Shown: positions 1-12,263 of the stretch, one piece after another
Layout of the letters: each line of letters starts with the position of its first letter
How positions within the stretch are numbered: position 1 is the stretch's first letter
Assembly: GCA_964035545.1 (NCBI GenBank)
Contig: OZ037765.1
Coordinates: 12,162,698-12,226,697 of the forward strand
DNA: 64,000 bases
Source of the DNA: Bugula neritina
Lineage: Eukaryota > Animalia > Bryozoa
Direction of reading: 5' to 3'
The notes under the pieces: model-generated
The model's database searches: none
What the model saw: the letters and a program-made list of their open reading frames with translations, nothing else
What the model was told of the DNA's origin: nothing
Position numbers and translations under genes: made by a program

Positions 1-420
1 ATTATATATTATATTATATTATATATATATATTATACAAGTATAATAATATTATATATAATATATATATATATTTTTTAATAATATATTATATATTATTA
101 TATTATATATTATATTATATATATATTATATATATATAATATCATGTATAATATATTATTATATTATATATTATATTATATATGATATATATATATTATA
201 ATAATATATTATGCATTAATATATTATATAATATATTATATATATATTATATATATAATAATATCATATATAATATATATAATATATTATTATATTATAT
301 ATTATATTATATATATAATAATATCATATATAATATATTATTATATTATATATTAAATTATATACATTATATATATAATGATATTATATATAATATATAT
401 ATATATACATATAATAATAT

Positions 421-490
<70 letters not shown>
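1..490. repeat. AT-only low-complexity tract ending in (TA)n microsatellite
   Basis: Almost pure A/T sequence from 1 to about 490. The 182..532 I/Y/N-rich ORF is an artefact of it. Confidence 0.95.
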
Positions 491-491
<1 letters not shown>

Positions 492-2357
492 GCCGAATAT
501 TTACTACAAAATTCAAAAATAGCATAAATTAAGTAGTATTACCGTGCTTATTTGCATCCAATTAACTAGTCTTACATTTATAGCAACTGTAACGTATTTT
601 GTGTATAATGGTTATTGCAAGCATTATTCAATTCATATTCACATTAAAATCACAGCGAAGCTTGAACTTTATAGCTTTGTATTTATGTGCATGATTGAGT
701 TTTAATTTTTCTTTTAATTTTATGTGCATTAAAAATGTGTTTAAAAACTTTACCAATAAAAAAAATTAAAAAAAATGTACACATAAAATAGAAAAAAAAT
801 AAAATAACAAAAGTGGCAAAATTTTTCCCTTATAACTCATATAAACTCGCGGTACCAATCTCGGCATAATGGCGCCCATATGATTCCGTAAGATTTGCTA
901 ATGGCAACACTCTTAATATACCACACTGGCCAGAGGAGCTAACCCCTATTCCACCTTTTTCTCTACGATATTATTATTATTATTTTATAGCTATTGTTTC
1001 GTCGTAACTAAGCCCACCTCACCATTCTATATTTCTCTCTCTATATTATCTTTACAACTACCGTGTTAGCCATAGTTCAAAAACGTTATCATAATATAGG
1101 TACATAAAATATTAGCAATTATGTCGGTAAATATTATAGTTGCACTTTTGAGTCATAATAATGGAAACGGTCCATACAAGAAAATATAACTCTACGAAAG
1201 CAGCATATTGAGTCAATGCAGGCTGTACTAGTAACATAATATTGGCCTGTAAAAAAGTTGAGACCCCATTATAAAATAGACTATTATAAATATCCATGCA
1301 GCTTCCATAAAAACAGAACTATTACTTTGATTTGGTTTATGACCACTTTGCTCTGCATTAATCTTTGCATAAACATCTTCGGCCCCTTTTTTAAAGATTT
1401 GAAAATTTGGTTTAATAAGATCATGTTTAAGTTTCCAGTATCCTATGCATAGTAAGCCAGCTGACCGTACCTAAGAGTGTTACAAAAATATACTTTGTAT
1501 TAAATTGCAAAATAGTTTGTGTTTTCTAGCTTCGACAAATTGAACTCTACGTAATTTAATAAACTGGCCGTAACTTTTTTTATTTTATCTTCTGGAGGAT
1601 TTAAATGTTTCTATTTTTTATTCCTACAAATCCTAACAAATAATTTGACCCAATTATGACAAAAAAGCTCATGCAAACTACAAACGAATAATTCGGCTAA
1701 TGAAACTATGCACAATATACATGTTGGCAATTTATATACCAAGGGCTACAACCAGTTTTCAAACTTGTGTGAATCATTAATTGTTTATATGAAATACAAA
1801 ACATATTGCACCTTTTGCCAATTTTCTGAAACCATTGCAATAGACACTTTATAAACATCATATTTGTTGCAATTGTTTTGTAGAGATCCACATATAATTT
1901 ATTTTAATGAGCCATTTAACTAAAAGTCAATGGTGAACTACGATGTTTGGTCATACAAACATAAACTAACAATGTACTGGCTGTTACATCAGATTATAGG
2001 CTACCTTAGAATTATTATATTCCACTAACTAAATACCCACTAATACATCTGTAAGCATAATTACACAGGGAAATCATGCTATGGCTCTGCTTATGTGATT
2101 TACACTTGTATTAATGTATAGATAACTACCGATTAAATTTTACAAAGGTCAAGTGAGTATAGAGCCTGTCTAAAGCAAAGCAAAAACTTGATTATCGCTT
2201 AATATATTATCTTCAACATATCTTAACTGACTTTTAAGTTTTAACTCATCTATATGTTTTACTGCACAACATTAATAAATCCTTTTTTGGTGTCAAATAA
2301 ACTATACTGCTAAATGAGAAATTGTAACTTTTCAATGATAACATAAACTATGCTTAA

Positions 2358-3126
2358 AGGATTGCTCTATCTTGTCTAATAAATGGCCATTTAGGTCAAA
2401 CACACATAATATTGTGTTTTTCTAAGCGTGCATTGACAAAAAGCATTTGACCAAAGGTAGAAAAAGTTAGTTGAAGTTGAGGGTGTAGATTGGTAACAGC
2501 CAAAACGCCGATTTTGAAATGAGCTGGGAAATGTGACGTAACAGCGCCAGCATTCCTGCTGGTCACGTGACTATGCAAATGAATAACTATAGAAATATGA
2601 CTGTGAGATGTGATCTTTCAGCTCGTAATTTGTATATTTATAGAAGTGCAAATGTGAATTATCTCAATCTATAGTTTTTTGACATGTTAAATAACATGTA
2701 TGTGATAACATTAGGCTATATTTTGCTTGTAAACATTAGAAAAAAGCCTTGCAAAAGCATGCATTCTTTAGGATGAATGCCTGCGACCGATCTAAACTAG
2801 GTCAGATTGTGCAATATTACGGGCACACCAAAGCTGACCTATATAGCGCACTGTAACTGCTTGAGCGTTATTGGTTGATGTTGCGCCCAGCAACCTTGAA
2901 TACTAGTGTTATAGTTAGCACGTGCAGCATAGTTACTGGCGTTCACACGTCACGTATTAGGCTATTCTTTTTCATGGCTGAAAATTTTACCTCCCTCAAA
3001 ATTGGAATTTTGAAAAGCTGTTTTCTAGGCACATATCCCTTTGCAAAGCCACAATTGTTTGCATACACATTAAATTATAGTTCATAATTATAATATGATT
3101 GTAATAAACTAAGATTGAGCAATCCT
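2358..3126. mobile_element. Non-autonomous DNA transposon (MITE), Kolobok-like
   Basis: Left end TTAA|aggattgctctatctt (TTAA at 2354-2357). Right end aagattgagcaatcct|TTAA (TTAA at 3127-3130). This gives a 16-bp TIR with 1 mismatch, a TTAA TSD and RR...YY termini, as in Kolobok. No ORF of note inside. Confidence 0.75.
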
Positions 3127-4489
3127 TTAAGCTACTTCCATTTGTTTGGGATATACACCAGCAAATTAGGACTGGAAATTAAAATTGGTTCAAAATTCAT
3201 AATTTAATTATTTGATGAGAAATTCCATGTTCTAATTCATAATATAAATTATATTATAGCAAAAAAGCCGGGAGAAAAAGATACTGTGACCATAAATTAA
3301 TGGAATGTCATTGTCTGATGAGCAGACAGTAGTCATTTGTAAAACTGCCACATTAATAGTTCTCTTCAACTCTAAAACTTGATTCATGTATTGAATTAGT
3401 AACTTGGGTGGTCAACAACTTTTATATGATGCAACTTTGTCGTTTTCCAACAACCATTTTATTCATTGCAATACCTATCTTTATTTAGAAAGCTAAAAAG
3501 CTATACTTCTTTTTTCAATACATCTGTCATTGCTTTTGAAATATCATGTTATTTACATTTTATATAAAAGCTACTTATAAGAAGTCCTGCAGGGGAAAGT
3601 CTGGTATTCTTGCTATATATGTAAAATTTTAAGCTTCACAGCTAATCCAAAACTTGCAGTCAAAACCAGGAAAAGAGCAATTGCATTTTTAACGCCTATC
3701 ATAAAAGTTTCTCAGCATACTTCTTACACACATTATTTGCTGACAACTACTTATAGCAAAATAATTTTTATATAATTTTAATTTTTATATATTAATAATC
3801 AAAACCAGTTGTATTTTTCATCATGTTCACTTTTTTTTTAAAAATGTGTGTCTAAGCAAGAATTTTTTGCTTGTAAACCAATCCAAATATGTGAAAAATA
3901 CCAGTTCTTTTATTCTAATATATTTATTATTAACTATTGCATCTAACTCATCTCTGCAAGTTTTGAATATAGGAACAAAACAAGGTTGGATTGATACGGC
4001 ATGGATAAAAGAAATAATAATAGTAAGGAATAATACAACATATTTGAACCAGCAGAATAAATGTCACAACTATAAAAGATATAGTTTATAATATATTTAA
4101 ATAGCTCTTGATATGGTTTATGAATAATATATATTCTCAAAGCCCAATACAAAAATAAACAAGAATATTAATTTTAGGAGAATCGATATAATAGAAAAAG
4201 ATTTCTGTTCCATGATGCACCAAAAAAAATCCAAGTTCTAAAATAATAATCAAAGCAAGTAAACGCCATTTTATACAAAAATGTTCCTCCTTTCAACTGA
4301 TATATAGAGCATTTGTACTATCTAGCTGGTAAGACATTTAACAAATCCAATAAAATAATAACTATACTGATAGAAGAATAAATTCATGTATGTAAACAAC
4401 GAATATAACAGTGGCTATAAGAAGTCTGGGATGCAAAATATAATTCATTATATTTTAGAGATGTAATGTATAAAAATGGCAGATTTAGA

Positions 4490-7400
4490 TTAATCAAATT
4501 CCCTATTAGAGCAGACCAAGGGAGCAATCAGAGTCCATATATAGATAATAAAACAGACCCAGCTGGAGGAGATTTTTACCCACATGGCTGGCATACTATT
4601 GCTAAGCTGTAATACGCCATCAAGTACCTCTGGCCTAAAACAGATCAAACCAAAGATCAGAATTTCTAATCAAAATCAATATATTGAGAACAAGCCATTC
4701 TTAGAACAAGAGCATACAAATGAGATTAGGTAAATAATGCTTATGAATGGTAGGCATCACTGCATGGATATCATAAAAATTACCTAAATTTTGCTGAAAT
4801 TTGTGAATTTATGGAAGTTAAATTGTAACACTTGTATTATACTTGTACAACAAAGTCAATGATTCTTGAAAATAAAAACAAACACATTATAAGTTACTTA
4901 TGATTATTAATTATATAAGTTTCCCAAAAACTGTTAAATTTCTCATAAAAAGCCGTAAAAATTTTTCTAACTGATTGAACACACTTAAAATTTATTGCAT
5001 GCTTATTAATTTAATAAATACATTTTGAAAATTAAACTCCACAAATCAAATTTGCGACAATTTCGACTACTTTAGGTCAACATGTGTGTATCTCAGTTAA
5101 CATCATCAGTTAAAAAATGAAGTACTGCAATGATATTCCTGGAGCAAAGGAACATTTTAGCACACCAGCTAGAGAAATAAAAAGACTTTAGAGACAAAGT
5201 GAGAGATGATACGTACTGGAACCAGTTAGTCAATGTCATCATGGCATAGAAAGAGGCAAGCATAAACATGAAGTGAAAGAAACAGTAGCTGTAAGCAACA
5301 CCATCTTTTTCATTATCATAGACTTCCTGGCCGCCCGTTTCACTGTCCCCTGCAGGCTCTCCTAAAGTTGTGTCCTCTTGGTTAGATTGCATAGTCAGCC
5401 TACCTACATTACTGTGTGTACTGTTCCTCAAGCTGAAACACAATAGTAATTTACTTAATAATTCACATCTACTTTGTGACTAAATGATATGTACAGCGAG
5501 ATGTTGATGAAAATAGACAATTATTGTCAAATAATTATCAAACTGACAAACAGAATACAACAGCTGAAAAATAAAAAATATTTACTTTCTCTAAAATTTA
5601 TTTTGTGAAAATGTATTAGGCATGTCATATTCAGACTGAGACAATATAATATAACAGTTATAGGTGAATTGTTACTATAGGTGGCAGACTTCTGGAAATC
5701 GCTTTAGTTTTGAAACACAAAAACCAAAACACATACTAGGCAGTACTAATATAATAAATTCATTCTGTAAAACACTACTCTACCCCTGTTTGTTGTCAGG
5801 GTGAAAATGACTGGGCATGTAGGAACTAACAACATAGGCATGTCGGACATGAGAAAACAATTTACAAAATATGTTACTATGCGATCTAGCATAATATAAT
5901 TTTTCTAACCTGGCATACAGCAGAGAAATAAACCAAATAACAAGTGTAACTACATTCAGCGCATCAAAATTAGAATTATACTTGATATTTCCACCCAGAG
6001 ATGTGTAGATTTCTCCCAGTGAAGGTGTACACTCTAAAACAAACACATTTTTTATAGATACAAGTTTATTCATTCATTATGATCTTAAAACATAGGACAA
6101 CTAAATAAAAAAGAGAAGCTAGTGCACAAAAATATTGAATATCGCATCTTAAAGTTACAGGTTCATAATATGTAGTAGCAATGTAGCAAATCTAGGTCTA
6201 GAGACTGCTAGATTTCAACAAATCAGCCCCCCCCCCCCCTTTCAGGGACCAGTTGAGCGGGCATATAGGAGTTTACCAGTTTACAAATGTTAATCTAAAG
6301 TTAAGAAACTTCTACCCAGTGAACAATCTACATACCAGTATCATTGCTGATGGCCGACCAGGTGAGGTATGTAATGTACATGGACAGGAAAGCTGGCTGC
6401 AGCAGACCAGACTTTGGTATCTTGTTTTGTATGGGGGGAAGAATAGACAGCACGGAAACTATTACAATCAGAACAATGTTTATACTCAGAAAAGCGTTAT
6501 GTCTATCGCAGCCTGGCTTTTGAGTCACCTAAAAATAAAGATATAATAAACTTTGTTTATTGATAAAAATGAGTGAATACCAGCCGAAAGTAGAACTGAA
6601 ACTTTATGAGCATAGTTGTGTTAAATATATTTGTTCAAAATCAATAACTTCATGGTTATGGGAAAAGTAAACGCAGCACTATTGAACTGAGCATTACGAA
6701 AATTAAAAAAACTTAATGTAGGAGCAGAATGCAGCCTTTACATGTGCAGAAGTTTTATTTAAAATAATGTAAGGAAATGTTATAATGATGACATGCACAA
6801 AGGTATACCAATACAATCATTATTGGTGTTTAATGTGGTAGTAAACAATAGTTACTTACATCAGTGGATTTGCCATAGTAGATATACATAAATACCATCC
6901 CTGTTAATGAGATGGCGTAGAAGAAAATGGCCAATACTAGCATACCTGAAAATTGTCAAACAATAAATAAGTACCATAGACAGAAAGTGTTATAGCAGAT
7001 AGAAAAATCCTTACAATGGCCTTAAAACATTAAAACTCTAAGAAAAATAAAACTTTACAGGCATAAAACATATTTTCACAAACAGTAGCGAAAGGTAGCT
7101 GCAGGTTGTTGAGTGAACTTACAGATATACCAGCCTTTGTGATCATTTTCCTCATATTTTGCAAGCATGCTTTCAGTAATGGCATAAGCAAAGTCAACAA
7201 TGAGGATAAGTTGAATTAAAATAAAAATAAACGAAGCAACCATGCCAATGATCATCCACGGAGTAGCCATTGCATCCCACGGGAGGAAGAACCCTCCAAT
7301 AATGGAGCCAAGGAACATCAGGATCTTTATCAACCAAAATCTTCAAGTAGAATAATAGAACAATAAGATGCCACTGCTACAATAAAATATCGATGAAAAA

Positions 7401-8619
7401 TAATATTTTAGATGTTACAAACAACTCCTTGGTAATACACTATGATTATTGATAATCATTTCAAACTTATAGTTTAAAAACAAGTTAGATGATGACCCAA
7501 AGAAAGTGTACCAACACAATAGTTGACTCTAAACATGGACTCACCCATTTTGAAAGCCAGCTCTGGGATCCCGAGAAGAATTCACACATATCATCAGAAG
7601 AGACATAATTGCAAAGAAAACAACCAAACCAAAGCATACAGAGTACACCCCCCTGTACCCAACCACCAGTTGACAGTTCACTGCCCCTGTGGTTATGCCT
7701 TTGATGGTATTAACTACAGGACTCAATGGCTCAACAATTCCGACACAAAGCCCAGGAATCTGAAGAAAAAAACATCGAGAGAATATAAGTTGAACAATAC
7801 TAAATCCAAAAACAAATTATATGTTTACAAAATATGATTTCTTGAAAAGAAAAACTATAATAAAAAACAGTTGTTATGAAGCTTGTATTACATTAAAATA
7901 CTTATTACATTTTTAACGCCGACTCCGTTGTTCTGTTAGTGGTATTGTGAAACTAGGCAGCTGCCATTGCTTATATCGTTAGTAGTAATGAAAATGTGTT
8001 GTAGCATACGTAGGCATATTTCATTACTTTTTAATAAATTGCTGTTGATATTTTAAAAAATATAAACTTTACCATCTTTGATCAAAATGGGAGCTGCATT
8101 ATTACGCTCTATTAAATTAAGTTTAGTGAGAAAAAGACAACAAAAACACAGAAAGTACAGATTAAACCTACAGGTTGCTACTTACTTTCACCAAAGCCGT
8201 CTGTAGACCAGGTGCTAGTAATATCCATGACAAAATAATTCCAGCAAAGAGCAGCAGTCCATATACTATTCTTGAGCTGGTAGAGTTCTTGCAGCTTGGG
8301 CAACAAACGCAGCATAAACTACATGCTGCGCTTGTGACGCAGCAGGCCAACTAAATGAGAAATTTAAAGTAATGCTAATAATTACTCAAGACATTTCGAC
8401 AGCTTTCATTTAAACTGTTACACCAAAAGTAAGAATTATAATTAAAGGTTGGAACTTGAACCATAAAAAATAGAAAATTTGGGAACTTTTTGGTAAAATA
8501 AATAAGAGATTGATACAAAAATATAGACCCACATGATTGACAACTTGAACAGAAATTTACCGCAATTGATAAATATTGCTAGAAGTGCATGTAGACTATA
8601 AACTTACCCCAACACACAT
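4490..8619 (-). CDS. SERINC: Serine incorporator (SERINC/TMS1 family) multipass membrane protein
   Basis: Exons (-): 8619-8608 (MCVG), 8350-8186, 7759-7545, 7340-7123, 6945-6860, 6528-6336, 6033-5910, 5432-5217, 4634-4490. All GT-AG with consistent phase. Family motifs: Cys-rich N-terminus CCVTSAACSLCCVCCPSCKNSTSSRIVY, DPRAGFQNGFW, FILIQLILIVDFA, SGLLQP, YSYCFFHFMFMLASFYAMMTLTNW, and C-terminal MWVKISSSWVCFIIYIWTLIAPLVCSNREFD*. Confidence 0.95.
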
Positions 8620-9639
8620 GAGTAGTCACTAGCAGCTAGAAGATGTAAAACAATTAGATATATTTATGGGATTGGTCAAATACAGTCTCTTTTCTGCAAA
8701 AAAAGGTATTATAGAATTTATATTGGCGCATTTAATTACTGTTAACACCACTGCTAACAGTGATTAACCTGAGTGGCAGTAGGATTTGAAGTGGTAGTTG
8801 ATACTCTTAAAATTACATAACCTGACTAGCAGCTTAGTTCTGTAATATATTTGTTTACCATTATATACTCATATTCTTATTACTGGTTTGTCATTTATTC
8901 TTATAGAAACTGTTCTTTGCTTATCATTACCACATGATCAGTTGTATTTACTCATCCCTGTTTTACTCGTTGGTCAGTTGCTTGCTAGTGCTTTATCAAT
9001 ACAATCATATACTACACAAACTACTTCAAATTCATATTATCACAATGAAACACAAAACACAACAGTAGTTAACAAGCAAAATTAGGTATTTAGGATTCAA
9101 TTTTTTTTTAAATAATATATAATATATATGATATCATTGTAGTCAATTGTATTCCAAATAGATTTTACACTAAGCAAAAAAGAATTTAACATTAAAATAG
9201 ATACTTCAATAAATTGCAAAACATTGTCCATTATTTTTATTTCTGCTATTTTAATGTTGGGTAGTAGCATTGTCCCCAGGTCGAATCTAAAATCTAAAGT
9301 TTTAGTCTAATTCTAACTGAAATAAATACATCATTGTAATTAAGTTCAAAGCGTGAAGTATTAAAATTCTAACTACCACGCTAAGGCTTAGCCTTAGATC
9401 AATATCATTTTGCTTATTTTTATTGTCGTCTAACTACTTTCTGTTACTGAACCAAGATTATAACCATGGCTACTATGAATATCCACGAACCTAAGCCTTG
9501 TGGCCATAGGTTAAATTTAGAAGTAGCCTTATAATACTATCATAAATAATTAAATAAACTTTGAAAATTTAAATTTGATAACCACATAACATGATTTAAA
9601 TGTAATTTTTTTTCAATTAAATAATCAGTATGATTATCA

Positions 9640-10400
9640 TGATGATACTTTACTTTACTTTCTACTAATTACACTAATATAAATATTAATAATAATTATA
9701 ACAATTGAAAAACAATTATTATAAATATACTTTATAGCATTAAAGTGACATCTAACTAATAGTGAAATACTATTAGTATTAGTAATACTTATACTACTTA
9801 ATTATTACCACCCCCAGTAGTAGTTCTACTGTCACTACCAGTACTACCACTACTTTCACTTTGCTACTGCTAATAGTAATTGTATTAGTAATACTAATCA
9901 AAATACCAATGGCAATAGGCAACAGTTAACGTTATGGTCATAGTGATAGTATTAATAATACCAATACTGCTACTAATAGTAATAGCAATACTAATACTAA
10001 TAGAGCATTCGACTTCGTAGCAGCTCTAAATATAGAACTTATACCTATTAACTTATAGCTAACGTTATACTTATACCACTTACCACCACTAGTACTAGTA
10101 GTACTACTACTACTAGCACTGTAAAACTAGTACTAGTAGTAGTAGTCATACTCATAGTGATACTGATAGCGATACGGATACTCATACTGATAATTGTTCT
10201 AAAAGTAGTATTTATATTTATTGTCAAATTTATTAGTACTACTGCTACGAGTAAGTCTTAGTCTGAAGTCGAAAAGTAAATCTTTTACTTTTAGACTCAA
10301 ACTGAAACTGATAGTCATAGTGATACTGTCATATTCGAAATCATTATGATTATCTTACGGCTACTGTCACTGATGGTGATTAGTTGTACTGTAACAGTAA
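9640..10400. repeat. Degenerate tri/hexanucleotide-periodic tract (agt/act, gatact/catagt)
   Basis: Example: tactagtagtagtagtcatactcatagtgatactgatagcgatacggatactcatactgata (about 10130-10192). Lies in the presumed first intron of SERINC. Confidence 0.7.
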
Positions 10401-10407
10401 CACTTAC

Positions 10408-10693
10408 AAACCACAAGTTACACTAACCCTAACGGTATGAATTACGAGGTTTTACTGCGTTTACGGCTTTAGTTTACAGCGATCTTCAGGTTCAACTTCA
10501 AGTAAATTTGGATCATGAATCATTCAAAGTACGTATTACTATTAGTAATTATTTAGAATCACGAGACCAATAGGCATTGATCATTCGCTACCAACAAAAG
10601 GAAACGCGCTGTGACGTACATGTAAATAAGGGTTAAAGGTTATAGTGTTACGCACCCACCAATAGGAATTCAGTGATCAGCTAAAGTAACCTG
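10408..10693. promoter_or_regulatory. Putative bidirectional promoter and non-coding first exons of SERINC (-) and BICRA-like (+)
   Basis: Outward-facing gtaagt splice donors at 10407-10402 (-) and 10694 (+). Two ACCAATAGG boxes (CCAAT at 10567 and 10659) and a TGACGT CRE-like site at 10612. CpG is locally retained. Confidence 0.6.
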
Positions 10694-11798
10694 GTAAGTA
10701 TTCTACATTGTTATTATTATTGCTAATGATTGGCTTATAATGTTATGTATGTGTACCAACCTATGACTACACAGTGCAACAAGCATTAATTTATACATTA
10801 GGACAGAATTTAGCACTGTCACATTGCCATCACACGAAAAAGTATCAAAAAATCGTATTTTTAAGTCTCACCTAGTTTCCGAAAATCTTGATCAAACTGT
10901 GAATGCCAATGATGGTCGGCACATGATAAATTGGTCCTACAAAAACTATTAAATGACTTAGTCTGTTTTATTAGCTATAAAACCTAGTTGGCTTGCTTTC
11001 CCTAACAACAATATATGATTTAATGGCAGATATTAAGTAAGACTGAGCTGCTTTTTCTATTCAAAAGTTGAGTAGATTTTCAGTGCATTCAATATGGCGG
11101 ATACTTGAAATCTTTAATTTAGGGGTAGTGATATATTCCTAAATGTATACGCATTATTCAATTTGCTCTGATTTCCAACATAAATTACTTAAAATGTGCA
11201 AAAAGCTTAATAATTTTATCCTATAGATACTTTTTCTTGCAAAAAAATAATGTAATTTCTTTATAAAGTTAACAGTTTATGCACTGCGAGAAGGCACTAC
11301 ACCCGTCAGTACTTTGTACAACCATAAGCAATTAGGTTTGATAGATTTCAAATCGTATTATTTTATTTCAAACTGTCTAGTGTAATAACTACAGAACTTT
11401 TTAATTTTTGAGAAAATACTTTTAAAAGTTTATTTCTGACAGTCTTAAGATTTTGCTCGTTCTCGGAAAATAGTTTTGCGGAGCCTTTGTGGCTACATTT
11501 GTCGTAATAGTCGTACAGTAGCCATTTATGAGAGGGTAACTCCGTTTGCTTTTTCGATGCAGGCTTTGATTGTGCATTGAATAGCTAAGCCATATTGAGA
11601 TAATCACATTTCTAAAAATGTGCTATAAAAATATAAATTATATAATTAGATTCGGACAAGATGCATTTAAAGGAGTTGCTGAAGTCAATTTGTTGAAAAT
11701 ATGTGTTGACAAATGAATACTTTGGTGATAGATATTGCTTTGAAAATGGTAATAGCTTATTACTTATAGTTATATTATATTAGTTATATTAGTTACAG

Positions 11799-11800
<2 letters not shown>

Positions 11801-11848
<48 letters not shown>

Positions 11849-11963
11849 ATCTGTGGACAGCAGCTGTTTCGGGATTTGTCCCCTCATCAGCACAGAACAG
11901 AGTACCATGGCCCACACCTTCGCAATAGTCAAACTTATAGTTTCACTAAAGCATATTTAAAAG

Positions 11964-12029
<66 letters not shown>
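11801..12029. repeat. Two (TA)n microsatellites flanking a ~120-bp hammerhead-bearing insert
   Basis: (TA)n at about 11801-11846 and about 11968-12029, with unique sequence between them. Confidence 0.9.
11850..11896 (-). ncRNA. Type I minimal hammerhead ribozyme (Penelope/Neptune-type)
   Basis: Minus strand reads UCUGUG-CUGAUGA-GGGG ACAAA UCCC-GAAA-CAG CUG CUG-UC-CACAGA. It has the full catalytic core, a 6-bp stem I, stem II, a short stem III and a GUC cleavage triplet. Confidence 0.9.
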
Positions 12030-12031
<2 letters not shown>

Positions 12032-12263
12032 TTTATATTTATATTTATATATATATTTATATATATATATTTATATGTATGTATGTATGTTTTAAAATGA
12101 ATGGTTTGATTTTAATAACTTGTGTTGAGAATTTTGAGCTCATAATAGTTTAAGTGAATATTTTATATATCTAATAAATTTTCTAATAGCCTGCTAATAA
12201 TTGATAAAATATTAATGTACTTTGTAGTAGAAGTGAGGCTTTAACAGCCATTTTAGTTTGGGT

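Noticed and set aside
182-532. 116-aa I/Y/N-rich ORF
   Set aside because: Translation of an AT microsatellite.
541-570. Helitron 3' end (ccgtgc...gcat...CTAGT)
   Set aside because: The hairpin is too degenerate and no 5' TC end can be identified.
10800-11690. Possible MITE in the first BICRA intron
   Set aside because: The texture looks repeat-like but I found no convincing TIR/TSD pair.
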